A program made the translations under genes and the position numbers. The notes beneath the pieces were generated by a model. The model had not been told where the DNA came from. It searched no databases and saw nothing but the letters and a program-made list of their open reading frames with translations. DNA of 50,466 nt, counting the filler, from Catajapyx aquilonaris (Eukaryota), in the NCBI GenBank assembly GCA_000934665.2. It is 3 parts of 3 records of this genome, joined end to end, with 100 filler letters (N's around TTAATTAATTAA, not from the genome) between each part and the next. Parts side by side here need not be neighbours in the genome. Positions count along the whole stretch, not along the records: positions 33,733 to 50,466 come from JYFJ02007123.1; 2 more parts are not named here. One strand, given 5' to 3'. The first letter of the stretch is position 1, and each line of letters begins with the position of its first letter. Positions 46,822 through 50,466 of the stretch are shown piece by piece.

Positions 46822-46829
46822 TATTTTTT

Positions 46830-47092
46830 GGGGGTACCCCGTGATAGAGCTCGTTGGGAAGGGGAGGTTCCCAAGGGAGGGCGCTGTAATTTTTAGACAT
46901 TTCTGACTGTGAAATGCACCAGACCTTTTCTGCTGGCCCCGGGCAGAGTAGGGAGTGCAATTCTGCCCCAGTATGTCGGGTGAAAAGCGGAAAAAGACCC
47001 GACCAAGCAGAGGTGACGGGGACGGGATTTGAACCCCGGCCTCCCGCTTGGCTGGCCAGCGGCGTAACCGGTAGACCACCCTGCCGCCCCGC
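46830..47092 (-). mobile_element. tRNA-derived SINE (family C)
   Basis: Head ggggcggcagggtggtctaccgg...ggggttcaaatccc (A/B boxes). Confidence 0.7.
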
Positions 47093-47094
47093 AT

Positions 47095-47350
47095 TATACA
47101 ATAAATGAGCACATGTGGATGCCGTTGGCAGAATGAGGCCTGGCTAATTTTTGTGGACGTGAACTCTGGAGTCAACCAGGAAGCCACCAAATGCTGGGAT
47201 TGTGTCACTCCCTGTCATGAACGCCAATACAGATGACAGGCTGATACGAGATCTACCTTCCTGACAGTCTTCCAAATACTCTGTGAAATGGAGCATTGCT
47301 TGCTCCTCCTCGCTGCGGCTGTTCGAACCCTCTGGTGATGTTTGCATTAT
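47095..47350 (-). pseudogene. HECT E3 ligase C-lobe fragment (G2E3-like), frameshifted
   Basis: PEGSNSRSEEEQAMLHFTEYLEDC...SLSSVLAFMTGSDTIPAFG, then LPTASTCAH (catalytic Cys motif) in another frame. Confidence 0.8.
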
Positions 47351-47599
47351 ACAGTTGAATGCAGATGTAAGAGAAAGGGGCTGCGGAAAAGAGTATGTTA
47401 TAAACAGGCTTGTTAGAGCCAAATTGACACTTTTTCTGCAAACACGCAGTTTTCTGCTTTCCACATGCTTTTGCAAAATTAGCTAACCTCTAAAATCTGA
47501 CAGGGGAGTTTTTCCTGCTGTCTCCTCCCTGCCAAATATATCAGAAAAAGAATGATTTTGACCTTTTCCCCAGGTGCCCAATCTGTGGAAGGCCATTGT

Positions 47600-48135
47600 T
47601 ACAAATGTTCCAATTCTGTACTCAGTTCCTTGATATTTCATTACCCTTGCAGTAGAAACAGATTCTGAAATGTTTACATTCAGTTTATTACACAGCTGTA
47701 GAGTTAAACCCAGGTCCGAGTCTAATAAGTCAATAACAAGTTCACTTTTCATCTTACTGGTCACTTTTACTCCTCCATTTCTAACGAATAACTCGTTCAT
47801 TAAACTATGTGAAACAAAGTATTGATTACGATATGCCAATGTTTTTAGAATATTCTGAAAGTTGAATCAAGAAGGAACTTTTTCAAAAGGTCTTCCCATG
47901 TTGTATGCGTGTTTCAAACAACTAATGCCCGTCATTGGTCCACTTTTCAGCATTATAGTGGGGTAATAGACAAGAAAGTGATGGTTTGGTTTTAAGGAAA
48001 CATTGTGGTACAATCTTTGAAACAACTTATGGTGTTCGACAATAATATCCTTCAAGTAACAAAACCATTCCCCTTGTTACCCTAGGTGCAAATATAACGT
48101 CAACTAATTCACTTAAAATCAAAAGGAATTTCTAT
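47600..48135 (-). pseudogene. CACTA/EnSpm-type transposase C-terminal relic
   Basis: FLLILSELVDVIFAP, LKDIIVEHHKLFQRLY..SLKPNHHFLVYYP..MLKSGP, NFQNILKTLAYRNQ. Confidence 0.75.
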
Positions 48136-48829
48136 GGCTGGCAGGTTTGAGGAACTCTGCACAGTGGCACCTGGGATTTTCCCATCCAGTCAGGATATGT
48201 CACTCTGCTGGTCTAGCCACTTCCTGTAGGACTGGAGCAGTGTCTTTGGCAGTGATCGGCACATTGCACAGAGTGCATACCAGGCTTGTTGGCTTATGTA
48301 CAAGATGTCTTTAATGTGTAGAGCCTGCAGGACCCTGGATACTACAGCATAAAGCACTTCATGGGGATATGCCATGGGTGAACTAAGCACACCATCACTT
48401 CCTTTGGAGTAAACCGCTTTCCCCAAACGGAGCCCACACTCTTCATCCTCAATGGAAAGACGAGTTTCCGTCCATCTCCAAGGTGGTTGAGCGTTTGACA
48501 CCAATTACACTAATACGCAAGGTTTTGTTGTTTTGAAATTGAAATGTCTATCTGAACTGATCTTTCCTCCAGATCTCGAAAATCACCTTGAAAATCCGTA
48601 CCGTGCCAAGTTTTTTTCCCCACAAATCACGAAAATGTGAAAATGTAAAACAATAAAAAATTAATGACATTGATACATCACATCGTTTGTAGCGTGAAAA
48701 TGTTCTCTGGTGCACGGTATGCATGTGTAACGAATAGATAAACGCAAATACATATTTCAGAGCACTGTGCTCGTCTTGAAACTTCACCTTTTGGGATTTT
48801 CGTCGGTGTTCTGCAGTACACTCCACTTA

Positions 48830-49050
48830 AGGCATCTCTTTTCCATCAGTTTAATATCTTGGTGAAATCGCTCTCCATGTTATTCCGTTAAATCACCAAA
48901 ATTGTCAGGAAAGTAATTTAGATGAGCATGAAGAAAGTGAACTTTGACGCTCATGTTGCAACCTAGCTATTCGTAGGATTTCAACATCTCGTCCACTAAA
49001 GTGGTGTAATTTTCAGCCTTCGTGTTTCCCAAAAATTTGTGCACCACATT
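48830..49050 (-). pseudogene. Chapaev3-like (CMC) transposase C-terminal fragment
   Basis: VVHKFLGNTKAENYTTLVDEMLKSYE*LGCNMSVKVHFLHAHLNYFPDNFGDLTE*HGERFHQDIKLMEKR, with two in-frame stops. Confidence 0.82.
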
Positions 49051-49959
49051 CGTGTTGAGAAGCTTGACGATGCTCACCTGCCCCTCGCAGCTCTTCCTTG
49101 CTGTCAACTGCTGCCTCTCCCGTGCGCGTAGCATAATCTCGACAGGGTCGTTTTCGTCATCCTCGACGTTGGCATCAGTATCATGACTGTCATGATAGTT
49201 TTCTGCGTCTATTGCTTGATTGCTGGCATCGCTGCTCTCCCCTTGCTCCGATTGCTTCATGCGGATCCATGGTGCTTGCAGATGAACTTCTCCTCGCACC
49301 CACTCGTTTTTTATCATCACCATTGCACTAATACTGTAGAATTGAAAATAGTCCTGGAATCTTGGAACAATAGGTGGATTTTTAAAATGCCTACCAAAAA
49401 CCTCCACGCGCGACAGTTGTCCAATTTTGCACCTCCTGTTCTCTAAGTTGGGTTTCTTGTACGTCCAAGACTTTCCTTTGCGTTTTTGTTCGCCGTCCTG
49501 TAGGCTCGCAGGGCCTTTCCACGGATAAGGGGTATTATGTCCTCCTCTTCCTTGCCATGCGATTATGTTTGATTCCCTCACAATTCCAATAAGTCAAGTC
49601 CAATTTACGATAAGGCCTTCTCTTTGGCGAGTACTTCTGAAGAATCTCCAGGCGTTACATTTTCTTTTACGACATCTTCGGCTGCATTCCATTTATTGTT
49701 TCCATGGAACAGACCTTTCAAAATGTCGTTTTTCTTTTCCAAAGCGGGAGAAACATAATTAGCGTCCGTTAATAGTAACATCATGAATAAACATTTACCA
49801 CTAGTGAGAAAAGGTTAGTCTATTTACTGAGTACCTGATCCCGGAAAGCACATTTACATAATTTGTGTCATGAGCTAGATACTTCTGCTTATGTCACAAG
49901 GGCGACTACGCCGTGATGAACCAGACAACTATGCACATACATACATAGATAGCGGCCGC

Positions 49960-50360
49960 GAATGTAACGTGACCGGCGTTACAGCACAGTCCGGTGGTCG
50001 TCGCCCACCTTTCCAGGGCCTCCGCCACCACCGCCCACGTACGCTCAATGTCCCTGAGGGACCCACCGTGGACCAATATGACTTGGTCGTCGGCATACGC
50101 CTGGATGTGGACTCCAGACACCCCCAGCGCGTCTATCGTCCGAAACCACCCATTCATGCCCACGTTCCACATGGTGAGCTCCAGGGTTGAACCCTGGGGT
50201 CGTCCCCTGTCCATGCGCGTAAACACCGCGTCGTTCATGAGGACCCGGCGGGGTCCCAGGAATCCCTCAATGGCGTCGCAGAGGTCGGCCGGGCAGCCTC
50301 TCTCCGCAAGCGCCTCGAGGATGCGATTTTGAGGCATGCTGTTGAAGGCGTTGCTGATAT
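49960..50360 (-). pseudogene. Non-LTR retrotransposon RT fragment (R1-like)
   Basis: ISNAFNSM...RGRPQGS...MWNV...IQAYADDQVILV. Confidence 0.88.
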
Positions 50361-50466
50361 TTATTTTTATTTTATTTTTATTTTACGTTACCCCGTGATA
50401 AGGCTGAGCCTTTTTAGGGGGGTGGAATACCACCATTTCACTCCATTTTCATATATTAACTTCATT

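Noticed and set aside
48967..49581. 204-aa ORF as a gene
   Set aside because: Chimeric read-through of unrelated fragments, ending in the stop-containing Chapaev3 relic.

Overview
Eukaryotic genomic DNA, probably from an invertebrate/arthropod, with two artificial 100-nt scaffold gaps. The left ~5.3 kb holds five phase-compatible coding exons of a minus-strand host gene: signal peptide, anosmin/Torso-type Cys-rich box and the start of an FN3-like domain. The rest is dense with transposons: MITEs of several superfamilies, Helitron-like fragments, tRNA-derived SINEs, a four-level nest around a broken mariner, a Merlin (ISXO2-like) transposase, and relics of CACTA, Chapaev3 and R1-type LINE elements. 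The most notable feature is a young, nearly intact 7.07-kb Ty3/Gypsy element (38403-45469, minus strand). It has non-canonical TA...TA LTR ends, an imperfect tRNA-Lys PBS plus a second LTR site complementary to the tRNA 5' end, gag and pol in one frame across a single UAG, an FSDD RT motif, and a non-env third ORF with a candidate TATA/Inr promoter. Also notable are a self-nested P-like MITE pair with asymmetric ends and different internal hairpins (37302-37814), and four perfect palindromes that all have a 1-nt spacer. Family assignments come from motif recognition by eye; no searches were run.
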